Assembly (NCBI GenBank): GCA_965208575.1
Contig: CBDBOV010000002.1
Coordinates: forward strand, 192,001-256,000
DNA length: 64,000 nt
Origin: Spirochaetia bacterium
GTDB lineage: Bacteria > Spirochaetota > Spirochaetia > SZUA-6 > Bin103
Direction of reading: 5' to 3'
A model generated the notes under the pieces. It had not been told where the DNA came from and searched no databases. It saw only the letters and a program-made list of their open reading frames with translations. Every line of letters starts with the position of its first letter. Positions within the stretch are counted from its first letter, which is position 1. The translations under genes and the position numbers were made by a program. Below, piece by piece: positions 1 to 8,381 of the stretch.

Positions 1-107
1 CCACCCCCATTACCGCCGCCTGATCATCTCGACCAGGAGGGTGGGTTGACAACGAACGAGATGCACTCTACAATATCCCATCCACTGTCCAACCTATCGG
101 GTCCACG

Positions 108-515
108 TCACATCAGGAAGGTCCATACGTCCTCGGCACCATAGCGCTGTATCCCCAAGGGCTGAGCGATGCATCGGTACAGGAGTTTACGATTGGCCGC
201 GGCTGCAGCGACCACCCCCACAGACGCGGCAAAACAAAATGGTACGACAAGATCAAACAGCCAGTGCGGAGTTGCAAGCGTCTTGTCGCTCACGGTCAGG
301 AGCGCCGGCTCTTGCCACCACGGGGCCAGCCCAGACAGAAGGAGTCCCGGGAACTGTCCGATGAGCGCAAATACGAGCACCTGCAAGAAATCACCCCACG
401 ACTTCATGGCGCGGTCATGCGTCGATCTTCCCAAGGAGCGGTAGACCTGTGTGCCGAGATACCCTGGGACGAGCAGTATCGCCAGGGTTACGACGAAGCT
501 ATTGAGATCCGGCAT
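108..515 (-). pseudogene. DUF6338-like membrane protein, probably 3'-truncated
   Basis: Three hydrophobic segments, N-terminal 'LLVPGYL' and 'YGAEDVWTFL'. It stops right after the DVW motif, where this family normally continues into a soluble domain. Confidence 0.45.
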
Positions 516-518
516 GCG

Positions 519-704
519 TTAGTAGGGCGTCAGTCGTTTCCGCAGCAGCTTCCCGCTCTGCTCCAGCACCAGCTCGAACTCCTTGACGCACGCCGCCCGG
601 TGGAGGTCGTAGATGATGTCCTCTTCGGCGGCGCCCTCCAGGTGCTCCAGTGCCAGCTCCAGCGTGGCGATGCAGCGGCGCAGAAAGGTAGTGTCGATGC
701 TCAT
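519..704 (-). pseudogene. Truncated nucleotidyltransferase substrate-binding (HI0074-type HEPN) protein
   Basis: AAGGAG RBS, then MSIDTTFLRRCI...RAACVKEFELVLEQSGKLLRKRL. Ends at 61 aa, about half the usual length, before the HEPN Rx4-6H region. Confidence 0.7.
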
Positions 705-724
705 GGCGCTCTCCTTCACGGTGC

Positions 725-1159
725 CTACAACTCTGCCGGATCGGTAACCCGCACATGAGGCGAGAGCCGCCGGAAGTCGGCGACGTTGTAGGTGACGATC
801 GCCTCGGCGCCGGCTTCGCTGAGCAGGCGAACGATGAACGCGTCGTAGGCGGCGCCTCCCGCGGCGGGTAACGCCGTCATCCCGGTCATGAAATTCCACA
901 TCGACTCGACGCTGAACGGTGCGAGGCGAGCGTTCGCCTGTACGGTTTCGCGCAGCACGGTCTCGGCTTCGGACGGCCCCACCCGGTATTGAGGCGGGAG
1001 CCGCGTGAGAACGGCGTATGCCTCCAGCAGGGAGTGATGGGCTACGACCACGTCGTGCGTGTCGAACGCCGCGTCGAGCCAACGCGACGACGACACGTGC
1101 ACGGGATGGTTGGCGTGCACTGCCGCAATGATGACCGAGGTGTCCACGCCGACCGTCAC
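725..1159 (-). CDS. vapC: PIN-domain (VapC-like) toxin
   Basis: VDTSVIIA, SLLEAYAVLTR, AYDAFI and TYNVADF carry the PIN acidic residues; 4-nt overlap with the upstream antitoxin. Confidence 0.9.
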   Translation of the reverse strand: MTVGVDTSVIIAAVHANHPVHVSSSRWLDAAFDTHDVVVAHHSLLEAYAVLTRLPPQYRVGPSEAETVLRETVQANARLAPFSVESMWNFMTGMTALPAAGGAAYDAFIVRLLSEAGAEAIVTYNVADFRRLSPHVRVTDPAEL

Positions 1160-1422
1160 CTCAGCAACCCGCCCCTGCCGTCGAGGTGGGCGGCCCTGAC
1201 CCGGTCGACGGAGAAAACCTCAGCGGATGCCGTGTCGGCGCCGGTATCCACCGCGGTGATGCGGCCGCGCCGCACGATGCGCCGCTTGGGCATGACCGGC
1301 ACCAGCGTGATGCCGTCCGGAATCGTGACTATCTCGACCTCCGCGCCCGGCTCGAACCGGTAGCGCTCGCGCAGCGGTTTCGGTATCACGAGGCGGCCGA
1401 AGTTGTCGATTCGCGTCTTCAT
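1156..1422 (-). CDS. AbrB/MazE-family antitoxin
   Basis: MKTRIDNFGRLVIPKPLRERYRFEPGAEVEI is a swapped-hairpin motif; 88 aa; directly upstream of the PIN gene. Confidence 0.9.
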   Translation of the reverse strand: MKTRIDNFGRLVIPKPLRERYRFEPGAEVEIVTIPDGITLVPVMPKRRIVRRGRITAVDTGADTASAEVFSVDRVRAAHLDGRGGLLR

Positions 1423-1430
1423 GACTGACG

Positions 1431-1473
1431 ATAATACCAGGAAGGCTGGCAATTGCCAAGAGGATTGCCAATC
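1431..1473 (-). promoter_or_regulatory. Sigma70-type promoter and palindromic operator of the TA operon
   Basis: Minus strand reads TTGGCA-17 bp-TATTAT (with extended TG), 8 nt before the ATG. Palindrome TGGCAATTGCCA at 1447-1458 and a related GATTGCCAATC at 1463-1473. Confidence 0.7.
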
Positions 1474-1488
1474 ACCTCCTGGACTGTC

Positions 1489-1530
1489 GAAAAGAAACGC
1501 CCCGAACCGCGTTGCAGCCCGGGGCGTTTC
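1489..1530 (-). terminator. Intrinsic terminator of the ABC transporter operon
   Basis: 11-bp stem GAAACGCCCCG/CGGGGCGTTTC followed by a T-rich tract on the minus strand, ~20 nt after the binding-protein stop. Confidence 0.75.
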
Positions 1531-1549
1531 ACGTCGGCGGGCTCGATGG

Positions 1550-3127
1550 TTACATCGAGGCTTTCCACTGGCGGTTGGCTTCTTCGGTGAGCCGGTCGCC
1601 GCCGCGGCGGGTCCACTCGTCGACGTAGGCGTCCCAGTCGGAAGTAAAGTTGGCCTGGCCGATGATGGCGCGGAAGAAGAACTCGCTCTCCACCTCGCGG
1701 AGCTGGTTTTCGACGGCGCGCAGCTCCTCGTCCCACTGGGGAACGAAGCCGTTGTCGAGCTTCGGCGCATCGATGCCGATGGTGTGCGGAATGGTGCGCC
1801 AGCGCGGCAGCCGGAAGCGCGAGATATCGGGCGTGATGGTGTTCCACATGGTGAAGTACTGCCAGCCCTGGTTGGTGCGCTCCTCGCCGGTGCCGAAGCC
1901 CGGCTTCTGAATCAGCAGTCCATCCGCGTCCCACTCGTAGTGGGTGCCTTCCTCGCCGTAGGCCACCCTGCCGTACAGCTCCATGTTGGTGTGGATCTCG
2001 TCGAGCATGGCGAGCAGCTTCTCGGTGACCGCGTCCGACGCGTTGGCGCCGATCGAGGTGTTGCCGAGGATCGGGTTGAAGTTGACCGACGCCTTGCCGC
2101 CGGGCCCCTCGTAGGCGATGAAGTAGACCAGCTCGGTTTCCGGCACGTTCTTGAGCAGCACGCCGGTGGGGCCGCTCGGGCGCGGGCCGGTCCACGCCGG
2201 CGATGCCTGGAAGGCGCCCACGATGCCGTTGGAGAACTTGGTGATCAGCTCCGAGCGCTTGTCGGTGACGAATTCGGGATCGATGATCTCCTCTTCGTAC
2301 CAGCGGTGCAGGAACGCCAGCGCTTCCTTGTAGCCGTCCGAGATCATCGAGTACTGCAGCGCCCCGCCGACCTCCTGCCACGACGAGATGCGCACGCCGT
2401 GGGCGCCGAACTCGTTCGGGAACGCCCACTGGGCGCCGGCGTTGAAGCTGACGGTGTTGCTGTTCTTGTACACCGAGATGCCGTAGGTGTCCTTCTGGCC
2501 GTTGCCGTCCGGATCCTCGTTGCGGTACTTGCGCAGCAGGCGCTCGACATCCTCCAGGCTGGAGTAGTCGGAGTAGGGGGAGCCGAGCATGCGCTTCTCC
2601 GGCAGCGGCTCGCCGACCGCCTCCAGCCAGTCGCGCCGGGTCACGAAGGTGGCCCCCGAGGCGATGGCGACGTTGACGCTCGGGATGCCGACCACCTCGC
2701 CGCCCGAGGTCACCGTCTGCCAGCCGTACGGGCCGGCGATCTGATCGACCAGCTTGGTGTAGTTGGGCATGTGCCGGCGCAGGTAGTCCTCGGACAGCAC
2801 CCGCACCGCGCCGATGTCGTGCAGGCCGGAACGGATCGCATCGGTCTTGATGTAGTCGGGAATGTCGCCGGACGCGATGCGCGTCTTCCACTGGTCCGAC
2901 TGGTACAGGTCGACGTCGGTCCACGGCTCCAGTTCGACGTTGAAGTACTCTTCCAGGTACAGCTCGGTCGGGCTGTCGGGCGGCAGCAGGACGCCGCGGT
3001 TGTTCGGCCCCATCCAACTGATCGTGAGCCGCTCCTCGGCGGCCGCTTCCTCCTGCTCGGCGCCGCCGAACGCGAGGCCGGCGGCCAGCAGGCAGGCAAG
3101 CGCCAGGAGCCATGTCTTGTGTGCCAT
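1550..3127 (-). CDS. Carbohydrate ABC transporter extracellular solute-binding protein (LplA-like)
   Basis: AAGGAGG RBS, signal peptide MAHKTWLLALACLL, motifs IASGDIPD, RRDWLEAVG, DPDGNGQKDTYG and YGEEGTHY. Confidence 0.9.
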   Translation of the reverse strand: MAHKTWLLALACLLAAGLAFGGAEQEEAAAEERLTISWMGPNNRGVLLPPDSPTELYLEEYFNVELEPWTDVDLYQSDQWKTRIASGDIPDYIKTDAIRSGLHDIGAVRVLSEDYLRRHMPNYTKLVDQIAGPYGWQTVTSGGEVVGIPSVNVAIASGATFVTRRDWLEAVGEPLPEKRMLGSPYSDYSSLEDVERLLRKYRNEDPDGNGQKDTYGISVYKNSNTVSFNAGAQWAFPNEFGAHGVRISSWQEVGGALQYSMISDGYKEALAFLHRWYEEEIIDPEFVTDKRSELITKFSNGIVGAFQASPAWTGPRPSGPTGVLLKNVPETELVYFIAYEGPGGKASVNFNPILGNTSIGANASDAVTEKLLAMLDEIHTNMELYGRVAYGEEGTHYEWDADGLLIQKPGFGTGEERTNQGWQYFTMWNTITPDISRFRLPRWRTIPHTIGIDAPKLDNGFVPQWDEELRAVENQLREVESEFFFRAIIGQANFTSDWDAYVDEWTRRGGDRLTEEANRQWKASM

Positions 3128-3250
3128 GCACACCTCCTTGTGTGAGTTGTCTGATCGCGCCAACCGAGTGGCGCCGCGGAAAGCGGTCGCGCCGCTCCCG
3201 ATCCCGTTGTTCGGTACCGTCTGGCCGGTTACCCTTCAGGCAGCCGTCCG

Positions 3251-4165
3251 TCATCCTTTCAGGCTGCCGGTCATGATTCCCTTGACGAAGTACCGCTGCA
3301 GGAACGGGTACAGGAGTATAATCGGGCCGATGGCGATGTACAACGTCGCTGCCTTGATCGTTTCCACCACGAAGCTGCTCTCCAGCTCGTCCACCGACAG
3401 GTCGAGCAGGTTGGACGCCTGGTGCTCGATCAGGATGCGCCGCAACATCAGTTGCAGCACCAGTTGCTCCCGCTTCGGCGTATACAGCAGGGCGTCGAAC
3501 CAGGAGTCCCAGTGGAACACCGCCGACCACAGCGCGATGGTGGCCACCACCGGCATCGACACCGGCACGATGATGCGCAGCAGCACGGTGTAGGCCGAGG
3601 CGCCGTCCATGAACGCGGACTCCTCCAGCTCCGGCGGGATGGCGCGGAAGAAGTTGCGCATGATGATGATGTAGTAGGCGCTGGCGGCGGGCGGCAGGAT
3701 CAGCGCCAGCCGGTTGTTGTGCAGCCCCATCTGCCCCATCCACAGGTAGGTGGCGATCAGGCCGCCGGAGAAGAACATGGTGAAGATCATCAGCAGGGTG
3801 ATGGTCTTGTTCAGGGGCAGCGTGCGCCGCGCGAGCGCGTAGGCGGCGGAGAACGACACGAACAGCGTCACCAGGGTGCCGGCGACCGTCCTGAGGACGG
3901 TGTTGTAGTAGGCGATGCCGACCGTGTCCTTGGACAGCACGTCGCGGTAGGCGTCGAGGGTCGCCGGGCGCGGCCACAGCCGGAAGCCGACCGAGTACAC
4001 GTTCTCGGGGGTGGAGAAGGAGTCGATCAGCATGGTCCAGAACGGGTAGATCACCGACACCGAGAAGCCGATCATGACGATCCACACCACCGCGTCCACG
4101 ATCACGTCCTCGAGCGTGCGCCGTTTCAGGGCGGCTCGTCTGACGGTCGGCAGGCGCAGGCGCAT
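3251..4165 (-). CDS. Carbohydrate ABC transporter permease (LplC-like)
   Basis: MFFSGGLIATY, EAA loop IPPELEESAFMDGAS, C-terminal YPFLQRYFVKGIMTGSLKG. Confidence 0.93.
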   Translation of the reverse strand: MRLRLPTVRRAALKRRTLEDVIVDAVVWIVMIGFSVSVIYPFWTMLIDSFSTPENVYSVGFRLWPRPATLDAYRDVLSKDTVGIAYYNTVLRTVAGTLVTLFVSFSAAYALARRTLPLNKTITLLMIFTMFFSGGLIATYLWMGQMGLHNNRLALILPPAASAYYIIIMRNFFRAIPPELEESAFMDGASAYTVLLRIIVPVSMPVVATIALWSAVFHWDSWFDALLYTPKREQLVLQLMLRRILIEHQASNLLDLSVDELESSFVVETIKAATLYIAIGPIILLYPFLQRYFVKGIMTGSLKG

Positions 4166-4170
4166 GGGAG

Positions 4171-5130
4171 CTAGACCACCGAGTAGTCGGCCTGCATGCG
4201 CCGGGTCACCACGTTGACCATCAGCAGCAGCATCAGCCCGACCACGTTCTGGAACAGGCTCGCCGCGGCCGTCAGGCTGTACTGAAAGCCGCTGATGCCC
4301 TCGCGGTACACGTAGGTGTCGATGATGTCCGCGACGTCGTACACCAGCGGGTTGTACAGGTTGAAGATCTGGTCGAAGCCGGCCTCCAGGATGTTCCCGA
4401 TGCGCAGCAGGAACAGGATGATGATGACGTGCGTGATCGACGGCAGGGTGATGTGCCACATGCGCCGCACCCGCCCGGCGCCGTCGATCTCCGCCGCCTC
4501 GTACAGGTCCGGGTCGATGCTGGTGATCGCCGCCAGGTAGATGATCGACCCCCAGCCGATGTTCTTCCAGATCATGGAGGTGATGACGATCGGCAGGAAC
4601 GAGTGCATCTCCTGCAGGAACAGGCGCGGCTCGGCGCCGAAGAATCCCATCATGCCGTTGATGACGCCGTGCACGGACAGCACGTCGCGCACGATGCCGC
4701 CCACCACCACCCAGGACACGAAGTGCGGCAGGTAGCTGATGGTCTGGAACGACTTCTTCCAGGCCGTCTGGCGCACCTCGTTGAGCAGCAGGGCGAAGAT
4801 GATCGGCCCCGGGAAGCCGATGGCGATCTTCAGGAAGCTGATGCGGATCGAGTTCCACAGCACCTGGTAGAACTTCTCGGAGTCGAACAGGCGCTCGAAG
4901 TAGGTGAACCCGACCCAGGGGCTGCCGAACAGGCCGCCGGCGATGGTGTACTTCTTGAAGGCGATCACGATGCCGGCCATCGGGATGTAGCGGAACAGGA
5001 CGAAGATCACCAGCGCCGGCAGCAGCAGCAGCAGGTACTCGCGGTGCCGGTACACCTCCTCGAGAAACGTGCCGCGCGCACCGGTGCCGCCCCTGGCACC
5101 CTTCGTCGCGACCATCATCTCCTCGCTCAT
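4171..5130 (-). CDS. Carbohydrate ABC transporter permease (LplB-like)
   Basis: SPWVGF, QTISYLPHFVSWVV, LYEAAEIDGAGR, DIIDTYVYR. Confidence 0.93.
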   Translation of the reverse strand: MSEEMMVATKGARGGTGARGTFLEEVYRHREYLLLLLPALVIFVLFRYIPMAGIVIAFKKYTIAGGLFGSPWVGFTYFERLFDSEKFYQVLWNSIRISFLKIAIGFPGPIIFALLLNEVRQTAWKKSFQTISYLPHFVSWVVVGGIVRDVLSVHGVINGMMGFFGAEPRLFLQEMHSFLPIVITSMIWKNIGWGSIIYLAAITSIDPDLYEAAEIDGAGRVRRMWHITLPSITHVIIILFLLRIGNILEAGFDQIFNLYNPLVYDVADIIDTYVYREGISGFQYSLTAAASLFQNVVGLMLLLMVNVVTRRMQADYSVV

Positions 5131-5236
5131 CCCAATTCCTTCCGACGGTCATCGATCATATGCGATGCCACTTCCAGGCGGCTTCCCTCAGTGTGGTAGC
5201 GGCGTGCAGGCTGCGGTCGAGGCTGCTGCCGCGGCC

Positions 5237-6233
5237 TCAGACGGTGGACTCCGTCCCGCTGTCCTTCGCGTCGACTCGCTGCCTGAGCCGCTGGAATGCC
5301 GCCTCGTCGACTCCCGTGGCCGCTTCGATGATGGGCCACGGTACATTTCGTGCCACGAACCCCTCGATGGCTCGCACCTGGCCCTTCAGTTCCCCCTCCC
5401 GGCGGCCTTCCCGACGGCCTCGCTCGATCATTTCTTCCACGTAATTCATCACCTCTCCCCCGCGTCCCGGCACGTTCCTCCGCAGCGCCTCCGAAAACAC
5501 CTTGCGCTGTGCTTCCGGCTGCGTCGCCAGCACGTACTCCACGTGCTTCGCCACTTCCTCGAACCCCTTGGCGCGGTACAACTCCCCGATCAACCGCGTC
5601 ACCCACTCCAGCAACTCCCGCGGCGCTTTCCGAAAACGTCGCCATCATCGCGATCTGCAACACTCGCGCCGCTACCGCGCCGGTCACCGATTGCGCGTCC
5701 AACCCGGTCTGGTCGATCAGCAGGTGTTCGAACCTCGGCACCCAGCGCCACTCCTGTGCCGCGTCCGCTACCAGGTCCGCAAACTCCCGCGCGTGCTCCC
5801 ACCGTTGCGCTCCCCGATAGAATACCACCGGCACCAGCAGCGGCAACCGCTCGTCATCCTCATGGGTCCGGTGCCACTGCTGCCACATCTGTACGCAGTA
5901 GCCGAGCAACCGCAACCGCAGCCACCGGTCCGGGGTCGACTGATGCTCCAGCAGCACATACACCAGCACGGGCGTCTCGGTACCTTCCCGCTGCACCGAA
6001 TACAGCATGTCGGTCTCGTTGCGCCGCCACTCGTCATCCACGAAGCGACCGCGCAGCAGGGAGAGCGTCGACCACTTCAGCGTGTCGGCGAGTGGGCGCG
6101 GCACGCAGGTGCGCAGCAGGCTGGCGGCGTCCTGCTCGTTCGAGAACACGCGCTGGAAGTACTTGTCGTGCGGCTGGCTGATCGCCGCCTCCGACGCGCC
6201 ATCCGCCTGTTCTCCTGCGCGCTCGTCAGCCAT
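5237..6233 (-). pseudogene. Rpn/YhgA-like PD-(D/E)XK nuclease, frameshifted
   Basis: PHDKYFQRVF, TDMLYSV, YVLLEHQSTPD and VPVVFYRG. The frame shifts at the AAAA run 5633-5636; removing one base gives TFRKAPRELLEW and joins the C-terminal ERGRREGRREG domain. Confidence 0.85.
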
Positions 6234-6247
6234 GAGACCCGGCGGCG

Positions 6248-6277
6248 AACGTATCCGTGCACGTTCTTCGGTGTCAA
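6248..6277 (-). promoter_or_regulatory. Sigma70-type promoter of the rpn gene
   Basis: TTGACA-18 bp-TACGTT on the minus strand, 14 nt before the ATG. Confidence 0.55.
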
Positions 6278-6399
6278 CGGCAGATCGGGGGGGCGCGGGG
6301 GACGGGTACGGGGGGCCTCTGAACACGGAACGGCAGGAGGGGCTTGGTCGTTCGGCACGCAGCTTGGCCCGCTCTCGCCGAGGCGCTACGATCCGCGGC

Positions 6400-7845
6400 A
6401 TGGCAAGCGAATTCCCCAACATACTGTGGATCTGCACCGACCAGCAACGCTGGGATACCGTCCACTGCCTGAACAACCCGCACATCCACACGCCGGTGGT
6501 CGACCGGCTGTGCGCCGAGGGGGTGGCGTTCAGCCGCACGTATTGCCAGAGCCCGGTGTGCCAGCCGAGCCGCGCCAGCTTCCTCACCGGCCTGTACCCC
6601 AACACCATCCACGTGAACCGCAACGGCAACGCCTACTTTCCCGCCAACGAGCGGGTGCGGCTGATCACGCGCCGCCTCGCCGACCGCGGCTACGACTGCG
6701 GGCTCGCCGGCAAGCTGCACATCGCCTCCTGCTGGACCGGGGCGGAGCCGCGCGTGGACGACGGCTACCGCGTGTTCCACCTCAGCACGTCGGCGCTGCA
6801 GTTCGTCGGCCGCGGCAACGCCTACACCGACTGGCTGACCCGCGTCGGGCGCCTGGATGAGGCGATCGACACCAGCGGCATCGACCCCGCCCGCAACAGC
6901 GGCGCCCGCTACCGCCCCGACATCCCGCCCGAGCTGCACCAGAGTGCCTGGTGCGCCGACCGCGCCATCGAGTTCATCGAGCAGCCGCGCGGCGGCCCGT
7001 GGCTGATGAGCGTGAACATCTTCGACCCGCACGGTCCGTTCGACGCGCCCCTCTCATACCAGCAGCGCTACCTGGACAAGGAGCTGCCGCCGGCAATCTA
7101 CGGCGAGCACGACGCCGACACCCAGGAGCGGCTGCGCGGCGCGTTCTTCCAGCAGTACTCGGGGCCGCCGGGCGACAAGCAGCGGCGCCAGAAGGCGTCC
7201 TACTACGGCATGATCGAACTGATCGACGAGCAGGTGGGGCGCATGCTGGATGCGCTGTCGCGCACCGGCCAGCGCGACGATACCGTGGTGATCTTCATGT
7301 CCGACCACGGCGAGATGCTCGGCGACCACGGCCTCACCGCCAAGGGCTGCCGCTTCTACGAGGGCGCGGTGCGCGTGCCGCTGATCATCTCCTGGCCGGG
7401 CCGCTTCCGGCAGGGGCTGGTGGCCGACGGCCTGGTCGAGCTGACCGACGTGGCCCCGACCCTCGCCGAGCTGACCGGCGAGCCGCTGCCGTGGACCAAC
7501 GGCCGCTCGCTGCTGCCGATCCTGACCGGAGCCGCCGACCCGGCACGCCACCGCGACCACGTGCGCTGCGAATACTACGACGCCCTGAACATGTACCTGC
7601 CCCAGGAGCCGGGCCGCCACACCCCCTGCTGGGCCACCATGTACCGCGACGACCGCCACAAGCTGGTCACCTACCACGGCCTCGGCCACGGCGAACTGTA
7701 CGACCTCGACCACGACCCGCAGGAGCTCACCAACCTCTGGGAGGACCCGTCCGCGGCCCCGTTGCGCGCCGGCCTCACCCAGAAGAGCTTCGACGCCACC
7801 GTGGCAGCGAGCGACCCCGGCCCCGACCAGATCGGCCGCTTCTGA
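6400..7845 (+). CDS. Formylglycine-dependent sulfatase
   Basis: PNILWICTDQQR, CQPSRASFLTG (CxPxR), GKLH, SDHGEMLGDHG, ELYDLDHDPQELTNL. Confidence 0.93.
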   Translation: MASEFPNILWICTDQQRWDTVHCLNNPHIHTPVVDRLCAEGVAFSRTYCQSPVCQPSRASFLTGLYPNTIHVNRNGNAYFPANERVRLITRRLADRGYDCGLAGKLHIASCWTGAEPRVDDGYRVFHLSTSALQFVGRGNAYTDWLTRVGRLDEAIDTSGIDPARNSGARYRPDIPPELHQSAWCADRAIEFIEQPRGGPWLMSVNIFDPHGPFDAPLSYQQRYLDKELPPAIYGEHDADTQERLRGAFFQQYSGPPGDKQRRQKASYYGMIELIDEQVGRMLDALSRTGQRDDTVVIFMSDHGEMLGDHGLTAKGCRFYEGAVRVPLIISWPGRFRQGLVADGLVELTDVAPTLAELTGEPLPWTNGRSLLPILTGAADPARHRDHVRCEYYDALNMYLPQEPGRHTPCWATMYRDDRHKLVTYHGLGHGELYDLDHDPQELTNLWEDPSAAPLRAGLTQKSFDATVAASDPGPDQIGRF

Positions 7846-7949
7846 ATCGGGTGGCCACCGGAATGGACCACCCGATCACGGTCGTCGCCGTCGCGGGCTA
7901 AGTTTAGACACTTGTTTTTAACACTATAACTGTCGTATATTGGTCGTCG

Positions 7950-8381
7950 ATGGCGCATGAAGGCGATCGGATCGGGATCGACGAGCTGTGTGTGCTGGTG
8001 GATATGCCGCGGCGCACCGTCCGTTACTACATCCAGGAGCGGCTGGTCGACCGGCCCGCCGGCGCCAAGCGCGGCGCTTACTACACCAGGCGCCACGTCG
8101 AGCAGTTGATGACGATTCGCACCTGGCAGCGGGCCGGCCTGAGCCTGGAGCGGATCCGCGAGTTGGTGTCCGGCGGCGGAGCAACTGCTTCTCCGCTGCC
8201 GCCGCCGCGCGCCCGGCGCCCCGGAGAGGTGACGTTGCGCACGCACGTCACGCTCGCCCCCGGCGTCGAGTTGGTGATCGACCCGCAGGAGGCCGGCCTC
8301 GGCGCCGAGGCGGTGCGGGCGATCGTCCGTCGAGCCGCATCACTGGTCGAGCAGATACGCAAGGAGGATGCCGAGAAATGA
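7950..8381 (+). CDS. MerR-family HTH regulator
   Basis: IDELCVLVDMPRRTVRYYIQERLV...GLSLERIRE; ATGA overlap with the next gene. Confidence 0.85.
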   Translation: MAHEGDRIGIDELCVLVDMPRRTVRYYIQERLVDRPAGAKRGAYYTRRHVEQLMTIRTWQRAGLSLERIRELVSGGGATASPLPPPRARRPGEVTLRTHVTLAPGVELVIDPQEAGLGAEAVRAIVRRAASLVEQIRKEDAEK

